Source of the DNA: the human T2T-CHM13v2.0 reference genome, Homo sapiens | DNA length: 64,000 nucleotides | Assembly: GCF_009914755.1 (NCBI RefSeq) | Contig: NC_060939.1 | Strand: one strand, 5' to 3' | Shown here: one piece after another, positions 42,901 through 57,340 of the stretch | How positions within the stretch are numbered: position 1 is the first letter of the stretch | Layout of the letters: each line of letters opens with the position of its first letter | Program-made: the position numbers and the translations under genes | Notes under the pieces: model-generated | Databases searched by the model: none | What the model was told of the DNA's origin: nothing | Seen by the model: only the letters and a program-made list of their open reading frames with translations

Positions 42901-45900
42901 CCTATCTATTTTCTTACTCATACATCATAATAGTTCCATGAGGTAAGTGGGAATATGTAAAATCAGGTTCCCCAAACAGGGATCAAGATATGCTTCTGCA
43001 TTTACAGCAACTGGAATTCTTTTTTCGAGCCTATCTGGTGCCTGCCTGGCAGGATCCATGTCCTTCTACAGTTCCTGCACAGGCCTTGGAAATGGGATGT
43101 CTTGGGTTTGAATGTCAACAACATATGTAACTTACCAGATATGTGACTTTGAGAAAATATTTTAACTTCTTGAGGCTTTATTTTTCTCCACTCTATGGGC
43201 AGGAATAACAAAATTTACCTTAGAGGGTTATTGGAAAGGCTAAATGTAATAGTCTCTGCTAAGAGCCTGGCACACGGTAGATGCTCCATAAATATTAATG
43301 ACCTTTCCATCCTTTCACACTCTTGAATGAGTACATGCCACTTTGGTTTTTATGACAAGTTACCTTAAATTTTTCATTTCCAAAAAAATCCTTTATTTGT
43401 TACTTTAGGTCTAGAAATGCTAATGCATCACATTGTAAAATACACATAATTGACTTTTCACTACTTTATTTATTTGGTAGTGTCACTTAAAAATTGCCAA
43501 AAAGTTATATTTCAACATGATGTTCATTTGCAAATCATATTTTTTCACATCTAAATATTGTGCCCTCTGTTTGTTGTTTATAGGGATGTAGTCAATGTAA
43601 GATATGTGGATTGCTTGACACTGAAGGGAGAAGAGGAAAATGTCAAAGATTAAATTAGAAATGCTGTCACAGCTGACTTGTTGTAGTCACGATCACATAC
43701 ATTCTTAAGTTTTCTCTATCTGATTAGTATTCTCCATACAAGATTAGATCAGATTGAGGCTGTGTTAATGGTAACAAGTGCATTCTTTAAGCAAAAGAAG
43801 TGGTATTCTTTATTTGAAAAATAAGAAGTATAGTTAAGAATAATTATTTTAAAGGAAGGGGGATTGACTTGATATTACTCATTTAATTTACATGCAAAAT
43901 CTCATAATCTGATTAAAATTCAGCCCAACTGTTTAAAAAGTGAATTGCGTATAGGCATCTTAAGAAATAAGCATATTAGGGCAATGACATTTAAGAAAAT
44001 AGAAAACACACTGTCATCTAAGAACAAATGGCTTAAATTCCTTAGAGAAAAAAATGATGCCACTCATACCTACGAAATGAATTCTTCTTCTAGTCTTTCA
44101 GAAAGGACAGATGCTACCCATTCGTTAAACTGTAGAAACATGTTCATAATCTATTTCCATTTCTTAAAACAACATTTATTATTTTATATTTGTTAAATAA
44201 ATTATGCAATCCAAAATTTTCATTGATGTTATTCATTAAAATGCACACATAAATTGGAAGAATCAAAAATAGTGCAGAACAATGAAGGTGGGTATGCATG
44301 CCCCAGGGAGGGTTTTTATAAATCCATTTTTACTTTTTTCCTAAAATTGACACTCTCATATTGATCAGAAAGAGGTCCTACAAGTATGTATACTTAACTT
44401 CATAACTTTCCATGATAACTATCAATAAAATTTGAAATTCTCCCTACAGAATCAGTGACATTACCTTAAGAAATTGATCTTCTTCATTGTTTTAAGCCAA
44501 AAAAATGGCAATGGTGACACTATATATGAGATAATTTCATGAATGCCAACACTGAAGAAAAGGAAAGAATAAAAAGCTAAGAAAATCAGAGTTAGAAGGT
44601 ATAGCTAATTCAGCCCCCTTTAAATGTAAGACAGTTCTATGATTTTCTTTATAAAATGGCCATTCAATCTCGTAACATTTCCAGGGAAAATTTCAACCCT
44701 TGGTAGGCAGTTTAACTCATGACTTTAGAATGCTAGTTCATAAATTAAAATTTAAGCCAAGGAGTCTTTCCTTGTAATTTCTACCCATTACGCCATATCT
44801 TACTTCTGGTGAAAATATTTAATGAATTCTATTAAATATGACAGTTTTTCAAGTACTTAAATTAATTATCTAGTTTTCTATAGGTTTCTAGTACTCTTTA
44901 TTTTGCTAATTCTTTTCTGAGTAATTACAGTCTATCAACACACACATGCTAAAAGAAATTAAATTCTCTACATGTGGTCTGACCAATGGCCCATGCAAAA
45001 GAGAGAGTATGTCAAGTTACTTCAAATTGATTTAAGTTAGGTGTTTCCTTACCATGAAGTCTTGGGTTTGTGACTTGTGCACCTTCAGTCAAGTGGAATT
45101 AGACCAGGTGATGGTGAAATCCAACTCACTGCTCCAGTGCTTCCTTGTGGGTTCAGAGATGCATGGAAATGTCCAGTCAATTCCCCAAAGAGCTTCATCT
45201 AACACCCTCTCTAGCTAATTGTACTTGATGGTAGTTCATAGATTTTACCACCTTCTTGGCCCAAAACTCATAGACACAGGGTGGTAAGAAGGAGACCAAA
45301 TGGAAACAGGGAGAACAATGAGAAAAGAGACCTGATTTATACTCCTTCAATAAAATCAGTGGCAGCAGCCAGAGTTCACCTGCTTTTTCTTTAATTAGTT
45401 CATTTGCGTCTCGTCGCCTAAAAAGACATTTAGAATTCTTTTTTGGAAAAAGCATTTGGTGGTGAAATAATTTAATTATAATAAATGGAGGAGCAGGTTG
45501 TGACCCTGAATTACGTTAACATAACGTGTAAGGAACTTGCTGTAGCACCTCAGTGGTGGTTTTAAACTAGAAAAAGGCCGTGTTGGCTGGGATGAGGGTT
45601 GTGTGCAGAGTGAGTCATATGTAAAAGAGACATCATATGTAAAATATTTTCCTTGATTATGTTTTCAGTGTAGAAAAAAGACAGCTACAGAGATTGGAAA
45701 AAAATGCAAATAATCATGGCACTTTCCTTACACATCTCCAAAGAAGGAATCCCAGAGTCTTACTGAATAAGCATTCTGCCTACTTTTAATTCCTAACTAG
45801 AAATTTCAAGCACCTGCATAAGGCCAGAAAATATTTCACGAAACGCTCAGCAAAGAAGCATTTTGTGAGATGTGTTCTTTAGTTCTACGTGCTTTCTACT

Positions 45901-46813
45901 GACATTATGTTGAACTTATATGTCCTAAGACAAGCAATTAATAAATTCGTAGCATTAATAAAACCTGTTTAACATACTCTTGTTTGCAAATTAGATATTG
46001 ATTCTCCTTTCTTTGTTGCCCTGTTATCACATTTTGAAATCACATTTTAAGACAGTCAAATATTTGCATATATTGAGCAACTATTGTGGGTAGGAGTTTT
46101 ATTCTGGGCTCTCAGAGCTGCAAAGAAAGTAAGTGGTATTTTTCCTGGACTCAACCTTATTTTCTAATACATAACTTAGATGAACAGATGTGAACATGTA
46201 TCTTGGAAAGTTTTGACATTTTACTCTTTCAATAACAATTTTACAATATATGTTTAAGTAATGAGTACTCAGGAAACTTGGAAGTAGGATTCCTTTTATC
46301 CACTGCTACTTAACACACATTTAAGCAAAGGAGCTGCTTAGCAAATGTGGTTAAACTAATGAATGAAGGAACAAGAACTACAACTAGAAATAACCTGTTG
46401 TGGTTTAAATATCATCTTTCCATATAGGCATACGCTATTAAAGGAGCTTCGAGATTAGTGAGTTAGGAAACTCAGTCTACTGCTTTGGCTGAGTTCAGAA
46501 GATTTAGTGTCTCATCAAAAGGATCAAGCGAATAGCGTAAGCAGGATTAGAACTCAGGTCTCTGAACTCAGCCTGGTGTTCTTTCCTAACTTATAAATAA
46601 GTTTGCAAAGTCAATCCTAGGGGGAAGAAAAGGAAAGTTACTGCATTTTATTTTCAGTGCTGTCTCACTTTTTATTATGGGAGAAAGCACATAGGGTACC
46701 CCTGAATTTGAGACATTCTATGCTGCCTGCTGTAGCCTCCAAGAGTTCCCCGCCATGATAACTCCTCAGGACCCGCCATCTACAGCCAACCGCCAATAAA
46801 TCCTCAATGCTCC

Positions 46814-47661
46814 TGAAATAGGAAAAGTTCCCATGTCCTCCTTGCAGGGCGTGTGATGGGGTGTAGCTCGCTTCTTCAGTGCCCCGCTTCTCAGACTTCT
46901 AGGGGAGTATACAGATGGGTAGGGAGCCCCACGGCAGTGTCTAGAGGTGAATGTTTATAGCTGAAGCCCCAGTAGGCATATGTTACAGGGTGCTCTTTAA
47001 GTTTAGCTTCCCGTAGGTGGCCTGTGTTAGTCAACTCAATTAGACCCCTCCCTTATCGCAAGGACAGAGGGCTTTCTGTATCCCAGGGTTCTTGCTTTGG
47101 TGTACTGGAAGAATTGGATCACAGGTGGGCTTGGAGAATGAGTGCAAGGTTTTATTGAGTGGAAGTAGCTTTCAGCAGATGGGGGAGCCAGAGGAAATGG
47201 TTTTCCCTGGAGTCAGGCCGCTTGGAGGCCCAGGCTGTCCTCTGACTGCCCTGGCCAAACTCCACCACGTTCTGTTAGTTGATAGTCTGCCGACGTGACG
47301 ATTTCTGTCCTGTGCTCTTCCACTCGGCATGCTCCCATTGGTGTCCTCTCAACATCCAGCCACTTGTGTCTTTTTCTACCAATGTGTTCGTCTGGATGTC
47401 CAGCCGCCTGTGTGTTCCTCTGCTGATGTGCTCCTCTCCACATCCCGCTGCCTATGTGTTTGCTGGCTAGAGCATTAGGGTTTTTATAGGCACAGGATGG
47501 GGGCGTGGCAGGCCAGGGTTTCTTGGGAAATGCAACATTTGGGCAGGAAAACAAAAATGCCTGTCCTCACTTAGGTCCCTGGGCAGAGGCCCAGGCGTGG
47601 AGCCCTAGCCAGAGACCAAGCCCTTCCCCTTCAGGCACTTCCCTGACCCCCTTCCATATCG
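46814..47661 (-). mobile_element. ERV1 solo LTR (LTR27/LTR28/MER50 group)
   Basis: GC-rich block of about 850 bp from tgaaataggaaaagttccc to cacttccctgacccccttccatatc(g); tttttatagg (reverse TATA) near 47482; flanks ctcc / ctac as a 4-bp TSD with one mismatch. Confidence 0.75.
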
Positions 47662-48001
47662 CTACCACCTCTCTCCCAGCATGTTATTGCATTGACTTTT
47701 CAACAACACTAAAAGGGAAATGAATGCAATGGTCAGTTCCTTAACCCAAAGGAATAGACTAATAATGGAGCATTTTCAGGTGATGGGGTTGGCTGCTGGA
47801 GAGAGACTAAGAGGATGAATATGCTTTGCATAATGCCGTAGAGGTATTCTATATAACATACTCAATGGATATCAATGCATGTTTTTTCATAGTATTGAGC
47901 TATTTAAAAATAATCTGACTTCCAGTCTTATTGCAACTATAATGTTTTTAAAACTTCCCTGGGCATCATTTTCCTCATCTGTGAAAACAGTTAATAATAC
48001 T

Positions 48002-48915
48002 TGTCAATGACCTCCAGCTAGAGACCACCAGGAACACACCCGTAGTTTTAAAAAGTGTGTTTTATTACTTATTACTGTGAGGGAGAACATACACCAGGAT
48101 GACTATAGGGCATCTCGGCAAGATCGTGCTAGAAAACAGAGGTGTACTCTGGATGGGGTGTTATGTGGAAGTGAGGACAATTCTACGATATTGTGTCTGT
48201 AAACATCTAATCTAGAAGGAAGGCAAAGTAGACTGAAGCCACAGCTTTACAGTAGTCCCACCTTATTCGTGGTTTCACTTTCCAGTTTCAGTCCTCCGCA
48301 GTATGGTCCAAAAATATTAAATAGAAAATTCTAGAAATAAACAATGTATAAATTTTAAGTTGCACACCATTTTTAGCAGCATGATGAAATCTGCCATCCT
48401 TCTTGGAAGGAAAGTCATCCCTTTGTCAGTGTATCCATGCTATAGATGTTACTCACCCCATAGTCACTTAGTAGCTTTCTTGGTGATCAGATTAAAATAA
48501 AATAAAACAATGACAACGACAACAACAACGAAAACACTATACAATAAAGATAGAGTTTGGTACTATCTGCGGTTTCAGGTATTCCTGAAGGCTTTGGAAT
48601 GCATTCCCTGAGGATAAAAGAGAACAATTATACTTCCTAAAGCAACAACAACCACTCATATTAATTAGGAAAGGGAATATTTGATATTTTGTGGTTTACG
48701 CAGTGCTATGTTTTTGTCTATGCTTAGGAAAAATAAGGAAGCGGCCTTGTTTGTCTTACTTTAACACTGTTGCAGGGTGACCACGTCTAAGTTTGGCGCT
48801 CTTTGAAATTGTTTACGTCCAAGGAAAGAACAATGTAGCCTAGCTATGAGTACCAGGCCAGCTCTGAACAACACTGTGAACTAGTTGTGTTAGCAAAGTT
48901 CCTAGAAGTCAGAGT
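48002..48915. mobile_element. Old LTR-like element (MER21-like) interrupted by a Tigger-family MITE
   Basis: tgtcaatgacc…gagaccaccaggaacacacc…ttattacttattactgtgagggagaacatacacc resembles MER21-group LTRs; the sequence resumes after 48632. Confidence 0.4.
48250..48630. mobile_element. MER44-like TcMar-Tigger DNA transposon
   Basis: TA|cagtagtcccaccttattcgtggtttc…ggtccaaaaatattaaatagaaaattctagaaataaacaat…; degenerate right TIR followed by TA. Confidence 0.8.
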
Positions 48916-50201
48916 CTAGTTATGAAAAAATAGAAATAAATCTTGTTTTGAAATTTTTGGTGTTTAATTTTCTTTTGCTTTGTATTTTTTTGAAAAGTAT
49001 ATGAAGAAATTTATGAAACTAAATGTGATACAAAGAAAAATATCTTCCTCCTGCCATCACTCTCTTGGTTTCTTCTCTTTCCTTGCTTAGTAAAAATATT
49101 TTGAAAATTGAGCACATTTTGAATCATAATTAATTTGTTCCCCTAAACAATATAGATAGCTTTTGACTCTGTGATGACTGGGCAACCTCTAGAAAATGCT
49201 GATGAGATGTAGTACCTTTAACATACTGTTATGCGAGCACATTCCTGATTTTGTATTTTCAAAACATGCTTGTTTTCGAACTTGTTCTAAAAGTATGCAT
49301 ATACCAATAATGAGATGATTGAATATGGTGGGGATGGTACAGGCAGAAGAGAAAAAACAGTTTGGCAGTTTTTTGTAGGCTCTTGGTGCCAGGCTTCCTG
49401 ACACTGGTCATTTTAGAGAAGGTGGTAGTTCCTTGGGGAGTGGGCTACCTTCTTGTATTTTCCCACTGTCAGTGATAGAGTTACCTACAGGCTCTCACCT
49501 ACAGGAATGGGAGATGACGCTATGTTAGATCTGTGATCCTCCAATTACCTACTGTTAAATGTCAGTCCTTTGTTGTTTGCGAAAAATAAGGAGTGTGTGG
49601 CTTTGATTCTACAAGAAAAAGGAGCCTGCTAACTTGAAGACTGGGGGAGTTGCAGGTCTGTTCCTTGAAAAGACTGAAGGCATGTTAAAAGAGGAGGGTT
49701 CGTATTATCTTGGATATAAAACATCTAAAAGAAATGGGTAGGGAATGGCAACTGAATGTCCACCCACATGATTTCATGGGGGCAAAAAGCAGAGAGACAA
49801 TGAAAGCAGGCCCACCTACATGTTTTTACTGGGAAATAAAAGAAAAGCAGTAAAGACCCATTTCCCATGTCAGAGAGGCTCCTGGAGAAAGAAAGGAATA
49901 CAAAAATCCCTCAATATCAGACCCTCTGAATGCTTTCAATGGATGTTAACCACCCACTTTCTTTGGGTCCATCAGTCTCAAATGCAGGTAAGGCTTTATG
50001 GATGTCAAAAAAATAAATAAGTTATTTTCTCTAGTTTTTTTAAGCTCAAATTTCTTTTATCTTTAAGCCCTTCCTTGGCCCTCATCTAGCAAATAGATAT
50101 AGAGCATCCAGCATACTGCAGACACCGTCCGCGTGAGAGTTTTCCAGTTGTTTCAGAGGTCAAGTGATTATGCAGCTCAAACCCCTAAAATTTCTTACTA
50201 A

Positions 50202-50521
<320 letters not shown>

Positions 50522-50723
50522 TAATAAATACCTATATCTTCACCTTTTTGACATGCTGAAATCACTATACTTATTCCATTACTATTATTAAAGCTATATG
50601 TGTTATCTCATTGAATCCTCATACTGTTAAGGGAGACACTACTACTATTCCTATCTGTTTTTCAGATGAAGAAGCTAAAGTTGAGAGAGATAAACTAACA
50701 AGCTCAAGACTAAAAGGTTAGGA

Positions 50724-51079
50724 TCTTAGTCTGTTTCAGCTGCATAAGAAAGTACCATAAATTGGGGGGCTTATAAACAACATAAATTTATTACCCACAG
50801 TTCTGAAGGTAGAAAGCCCAAGATGAGGGTTTCAGCACAGTCAGGGCCCATGGAGGGCGATCTTCCAGGTTGCAGACTACTGACTTCCTGCTGCATCTTC
50901 ACATAGTAGAAGGGGCAAGTGAGCTCCCTTGAGCCTATAAGGCCACTAATCCCATTCTTGAGGGCTCTGCTTTCATGATCTAGCTACTTCCCAAAGGCCT
51001 CATCTTTTAACATTATCACATCGGAGATTAGGTTTCAATATATGACTTTCAATGGGATGCAAACATTCAGACTACGCCA
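50724..51079 (-). mobile_element. MaLR LTR (MLT1A-like)
   Basis: tcttagtctgtttcagctgc…ggcttataaacaacataaatttatt…ttcccaaaggcc…aaacattcagac, about 355 bp. Confidence 0.8.
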
Positions 51080-51131
51080 GTTAGTTAAGTGGCAGATCAG
51101 GATTCACTCAAGATTTTCTCCTCTACCCAAG

Positions 51132-51494
51132 TGTATTAGTACATTTTCAGGCTGCTGATAAAGACATACCCAAGACAGGGTAATTTATAAAGAAAAGAGG
51201 TTTAATGGACTCACAATTCCACATGGCTGGTGAGGCCTAACAGTCATGGCGGAAGGCGAAAGGCATGTCTTACATGGCATCAGGCCAAGAAAAAGAATAA
51301 GAAGCAAATGAAAGGGGTTTCCCCTTATAAAACCATCAGATCTCATGAGACTTATTCACTACCATGAGAACAGTGTGGGGCAACTGCTGCCATGATTCAA
51401 TTATCTCCCACCAGGTACCTCCCACAATACGTGGGAATTATGGGAGCTACAATTCAAGATCAGATTTGGGCGAGGACACAGCTAAACCATATCA
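51132..51494 (-). mobile_element. THE1 (THE1B/C-like) solo LTR
   Basis: tgtattagt…gctgctgataaagacataccc…aaaccatcagatctcatgagacttattcactaccatgag…aaaccatatca, with TG…CA ends. Confidence 0.92.
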
Positions 51495-52344
51495 CTGAAG
51501 CATTGATAGGTACTGTGCACTTTTACCTTATTTAAAAGTGATACTCTTTATATATTTCTTCCATTTATAGTTGGCATTCATGTTCTTGCTTTATGCTGAC
51601 TATGTAAGTGCACGTGGCATGTAGGTTAACCAAATTCTGTTATCTAATGATGGGAATACAGCCTCTGTTTTCAAAGAATTGCAAATCCAAACCCAAGGGC
51701 CAGGTGTATTTTGTCTTTTCATAAGATTTATTCCACAGGATATTTATCATTTTATATTCAATTTATTCCTGTGGTTTTTTTTTTCCAGAATTGTGGCCTT
51801 AGGGCAGGAGTTTGCAAGAATTTCATAACACATTAAATTAACCCAGAGCCAAAGTAAATATCCAATTATGCCAATCATTTTATCTTCGGCTCCCCCAAGA
51901 AGTATTTCCTCTATTTATTGAGTGTATGCTAGTTTCCAAACAGTGTGTGAGACACTTGGAATACACATTTAATAAAATTTGGGCCTTAAGAGGTAGCATA
52001 AGGAATGGACATATATGCAGGTAGCTATGTCAATGGTGATTGTTAAATATGAAAGAATTTTGTGAGGCATTTGCTTGGAATCAGCTGTTAGAAATATTTA
52101 CACCACAGAAATCTGCTAATACTACAAATCAGGTTTGGGTTTTTTTGTTTGTTTCTGTAGGAGAGGAGAGAAAATGTGACTGTTGAGTTTAAAAGACCTC
52201 TATTTCCTGTTGAGATAAGATCATATGCTGAGAATGGAGGGTAATGGAGGTGAGGTAGGTGACTTTAGAGTAGAAATGTTTTGGAAGAGCTGTTGAGAAA
52301 AATAGCAAAAGGAAAGAACTGAGAAGAAGGAAGAACACTGAAGT

Positions 52345-52610
52345 TATTATATACATATCTATGTGTATACATAGATATGTATACATATATTCTATATATA
52401 ATAAACACACATATATGTATATGTATGTATATTATGTATATATGTGTGTATGTATATGTATATACATACACACACCTGTAGTTTTCAGTTTTTATATATA
52501 TAACTTTATATATGTATGTTTTATATATAAAGAAGTTATATATAGTCATATAATCAAAATATATATATAACTTTATATATGTTTTATATATAAAGTTACG
52601 TATATAACAA
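52345..52610. repeat. (TA)/(TG)-rich low-complexity tract with palindromic units
   Basis: Directly visible; includes the arms taactttatatat (52568-52580) and atatataaagtta (52586-52598). Confidence 0.9.
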
Positions 52611-53360
52611 CTTCAATATTCTTCCTTCTATTTTTAGATTATATCTATAAATTCTATAATTATTTGTAGATACTATCTATAGATACTTCTTCAGAAAAAA
52701 AACACAAAAATTGTAAATTGCCATATAAAGATGGTAAAATTGTTAATTTCACCTGAAGTTTAGATGTTTTGTCTGATAAAAATTAAAGAAAAATGAGTTC
52801 TAGTTAATTGTCCCATTAAATTACGTAGAAGAGAACCAGTTTGCCCCTCTGTCTAAGGTTGAATTATGGTTGTGTTGTCCATAATTATATTGTCTTATCT
52901 GTCAAGTAATTATTTTTAAAAGTATCAATGATGCATTTCATTTGGATATTATACTCTATAAAGTGCTTTTAGTTTACATTATCTCTTTTGATCTCATCAA
53001 TTGTTGATCTCTGGTTGGCATATTACTGTATTTCAATGACACTGCTAGACCTTCTACCACACGCTTTGAAGAAAGACTCATGTAAAAGCAAATTTAAAGT
53101 TATCTCTGATGACTTTTAGATAAACAAATAAGCCTGAAGAAAAATAACCCAAAGGGCTGGAAATTCATGGCAAATTGTAACTATTTAAGAAAGAGTTTCA
53201 TTAGAAACATAAGATATGTGGGTTTGATAAAGCATAGGGCAATGGAAAGTACTTGTAAATCAGTGACAAAAATTTATTATGAATTTGTCTCTATCTCTGA
53301 GCTAAACAATCTAAGATGAATAATTTTCTTCTGATCAAAAATGCAAAAGTAGAAATTTTT

Positions 53361-53685
53361 GTTTGTTTGTTTTGTTTTGTTTTGTTTTGTTTTGTTTTGT
53401 TTTGAGACGGAGTCTCGCTCTGTCGCCCAGGCTGCGGTGCAGTGGCGCCATCTGGGCTCACTGCAAGCTCCGCCTCCCAGATTCACGCCATTCTCCTGCC
53501 TCAGCCTCTCGAGGTAGCTGGGACTACAGGCGCCCACCACTACGCCTGGCTAATTTTTTTGTATTTTTAGTAGAGACAGAGTTTCACCATGTTAGCCAGA
53601 TGGTCACAATCTCCTGACCTTGTGATCTGCTGGCCTCGGCCTCCCAAAGTGCTGGGATTACAGGCTTGAGCCACCGCGCCCGGCC
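53361..53685 (-). mobile_element. AluY-like SINE with tail converted to (TTTTG)n
   Basis: CpG-rich AluY body; TSD a(a/t)aagtagaaattttt at 53345-53360 and 53686-53701. Confidence 0.95.
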
Positions 53686-56010
53686 ATAAGTAGAAATTTT
53701 TAAAAGCTACATATTTTTTTTCTAGAAATAACAGAGAAAATGCTTAAACATATGTCTCTATTAACCTGCTGTCCACCGATTGGCAATTTCAGTTTATTGC
53801 TCTTGTCTGTACATATTAGAATAGATATTCTATAATAACAGCAATAATACATAAGAATAAGTGAAATTTGAAAGCTAATGCTCAAGCTTTCCTAATTATT
53901 TTTTTAATAACAAGAGGCAGTCGTTAAGGACAGAAGTCTGATTCCTTTAGATGAAAAATCTCTTTATATTCTAGCTTTGAATTTGGCAGCTATTGTTTGA
54001 GCATTTATTGTGTGCATGGTAGTTAGATGGGCTCTTCCTGAATTTAGAAAAATAATCCAAAGTATATTTAACTCTCCATGACTTTAGCACTCCTTCCTAG
54101 AGCCTTTGAGAGCATTAATAGCAAAAATAAGAATAGCTGTTTGGAAATTTGGGAGAGAGTCAACATTTTTATGACATTTCTAACCTTTAGGACATTCCTT
54201 GCCTGGCTGTCACAGACCAAACTTTTGAGTCACTTTGTGTCTTGCAGGGAACATTTTCCAGTCACCACTGTCCTTTCCATTTAGTGAATATTAACTACTT
54301 GAATAAAATATGCCTATCAGATAGTTTCAACTATTTACTCCAGCCTAAGCTAATTTTACTATTTAAGAATTATGGACTGTGTAAACCAATATTGATAAAT
54401 TAAAAACATATTAATTGCATGCAATTTACAAATTTGTAGCTATTCTAGGGACATGTTTCAACAGTGTAGACCATTTACAATGTCCTTTTAAATCATCTTT
54501 AGTGGAATTCATTCTTTTTTTTGTCTTCCTTTTTTTTAAATGTCGTTTAGGTCCTCAAAGTTTAAAATAAAAGATAAAGACAGGTAGACTGCTCTTTCTA
54601 CCACTGGAATATTCATATCTTTTAGCTTCCTCTATTCACACTCATTATTAGGAATATATTTTTCCACTCTAGGAAACAGGTATTACACTTTCAAATAAAT
54701 GAACATTTACATTAAATTATTGCTGTCAAATTGTATATGAATTTATCATAAGTAAAGTTAATAGTTGACCTTTCATCTCTTGTCTTACTTTCTATACTTA
54801 AATTGGGCTCAACATTCACAAATTAGGTTCAAAGAACATTACTGATATTATCTTTTATTGTAGAAATTGTGCTTGCCTATAAATTATCCCATTTAATCTC
54901 TAAATAGTTTATGAGATATTAGTATGCCTATCTCAGAAATATAATAGTTCAGAAAAAAATGAGAATACAAATTAGGCAAACTTACAGTCATGTCAAAGAA
55001 AATTAGAGCAATTACTACCTATGAACACAAGTCTTTCGATTATTTTCACTGTATTTCAGTTGCTTCTGTACCAAAAAAAGTTTGATTTTAGCAGTGGCAG
55101 TTCCTGTAGACACTGGTACATGACCTTTTGCTTTCTTACTTTAAACTCACTAAGGAATTGTGGAAATTGAAATCATGGTCCGTTATTAACTTGTGTAATA
55201 CTGGGCAACCCAGAAGGCCATACAGAACAATAAGACTATCTAGCCAGTAGCTTAAGGTTAGGGATCCAATAATGGAATTTTAGAAATCTCTCACTGACAG
55301 AATGATTTGTGTTACAAACAAAAATGCCCAGAAAGTTGAGACCAGTCATGAAAAACAATGTCCCAGAAATAAAAAAAGTTTTTAGTGGAAAATGAGTATT
55401 CAGTCATTTAAAAGCTCTGGATATATTAGAGAAAGAGAGTTCGAGTCGGTGTTCTATCAGTTACATTATAGGTCATTTAGTCTAGTAGTGTCCAAATCTT
55501 CTTTAAACAGCTCAATCATTTTCTTCCCAAGTAAAATCTTACATTCTATTTTAATGTTTAGCAAATAACAGTGATGTGTTTGAATTATTGCTTTCCAAGT
55601 GACATTTGCCACTTATATTCTATCTATTTCTCAATTTTATTTTGGATACCCATTGAAGAAATATGTGTGGTATGTAACACATTTGATTGTGTCTGTTCTG
55701 TTTGCTGCTTTTGAATTCTTTTTAGAAAATTTAAACCAAATTTTTGCACAACACCTAATTTAGTTCAGTAATACAAAAGAAAAGCCTGGGAATCATAGGA
55801 GGTCAATTTACCTGCCAATAACACAAAGGAGTACTAGTTGTTGTGAATCTCAGCATAGCAGTTCATTATGATATTTTTCTAAAAAGCCACCTGACTCCAC
55901 AGAATGAAAGCACTCATTCATTCTCACTTCCTCCTCCTTTTCCTCCCTCCTTTAGCCATCAAAAAGTAATGGCATTTCCATTCACATCACCATTGATGTT
56001 TCCATCATAG

Positions 56011-56238
56011 GAGCAGCAGAAAAGAGTTCTAAACATGGTGCCGAAGACAAGACTCAGACCATTATTACAGCAATGAAAGAAAGAATGAAGATCAGGGAGA
56101 AAAACCGGCCAGAAGTATTTGAAGTAATCCAGGAAATGTTTCAGATTTCTAAAGAAGATTTTGTGCAGTTTACAAAGGCGGCCAAACAGAGTGTACTGGA
56201 TGGGACATCTAAGTGGTCTGCAAAAATAACCATTACAG
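56011..56238 (+). CDS. UNC13C: UNC13C exon: C1-C2B linker and start of C2B ([16 protein letters not shown]...[13 protein letters not shown])
   Basis: catag acceptor, CAG|gtaaaa donor, 228 nt, phase 1/1. Frame is continuous with the C1 exon (A+GA = Arg). Munc13 linker motif [12 protein letters not shown] is present. Confidence 0.96.
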
Positions 56239-57157
56239 GTAAAAATAAGTCTTCTTAAAAATTTGTATTGTAAATTGAGATTTTTATGTGCCCTAGAAAT
56301 AACTGCTAATAATAATTATAGGTAAAATAAATGGTTATTTTTTGAATCATGTTAATATGAACAAGACTAGTTGGTACTTCACATTTTGAAAATACATACT
56401 AGATAAGTGAAATAATTTTAGTCTGTGTCTTGTTCTAATCAAAATTTCTTTCATAGGAAAAAGTTTCTGTTTTTCAATATATTCACCTGCAGTGTACAAG
56501 AAATGAGCATTTTTGTTGCCTACCAGTGATAAATTATAACAGTAGCTAATAATCTGTTCAGTTAATCTTTTTAAATGAGAAAAGCGATGTTATTTTACTT
56601 ACTCCTGGCTCAACATCCCTCATCCATTTGGTCCTCGAGTCAGGACAATTTGAGTTTAATGATATCTAGTAAATTGGACTTCTGAAGTTGCTTGTAATGT
56701 CAACAGCGAGTGACTGTGCAGCCTGTTAACATTTACCAAGACTCTTCACTTACTCATTTTGTATTTACAAGATAAAGAAAGATGCTTTCTCAACTATGTA
56801 GAGTTGATCAATATTGACGGCAGACTCATAAATAAATCAGTTTGGATTACAGGCCTTTGAATTATGTTGGGTAATTTTTCATATAAGTGTAGGTGTATCT
56901 TCCTCATTCCTCTGTACATGTATGCAGTAATGTGTATGAGTATATAGCTAATATGTATATGCATGTGTATGTATATAGCTACTTTTCATTAAAGACAAGG
57001 GCAAAAATTACAGATTTTAATGTTGTATATTTATTTTTATTAAATTTTTTTAAAGTTCTGTGAGTCATGAGAATGAAAGCAATGGGGATGCATCTATAAG
57101 CCCAAAGAACCAAATGACAGAAAAATTGTCTTTGTTATTATTATTTTTTGTTTCTGA

Positions 57158-57340
<183 letters not shown>

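Noticed and set aside
45510-45645. Imperfect palindrome ttacgttaacataacgtgtaa, an AP-1 TGAGTCA site and a repeated tcatatgtaaaa as an enhancer
   Set aside because: Short motifs expected by chance in 64 kb; cannot be supported without chromatin or conservation data.
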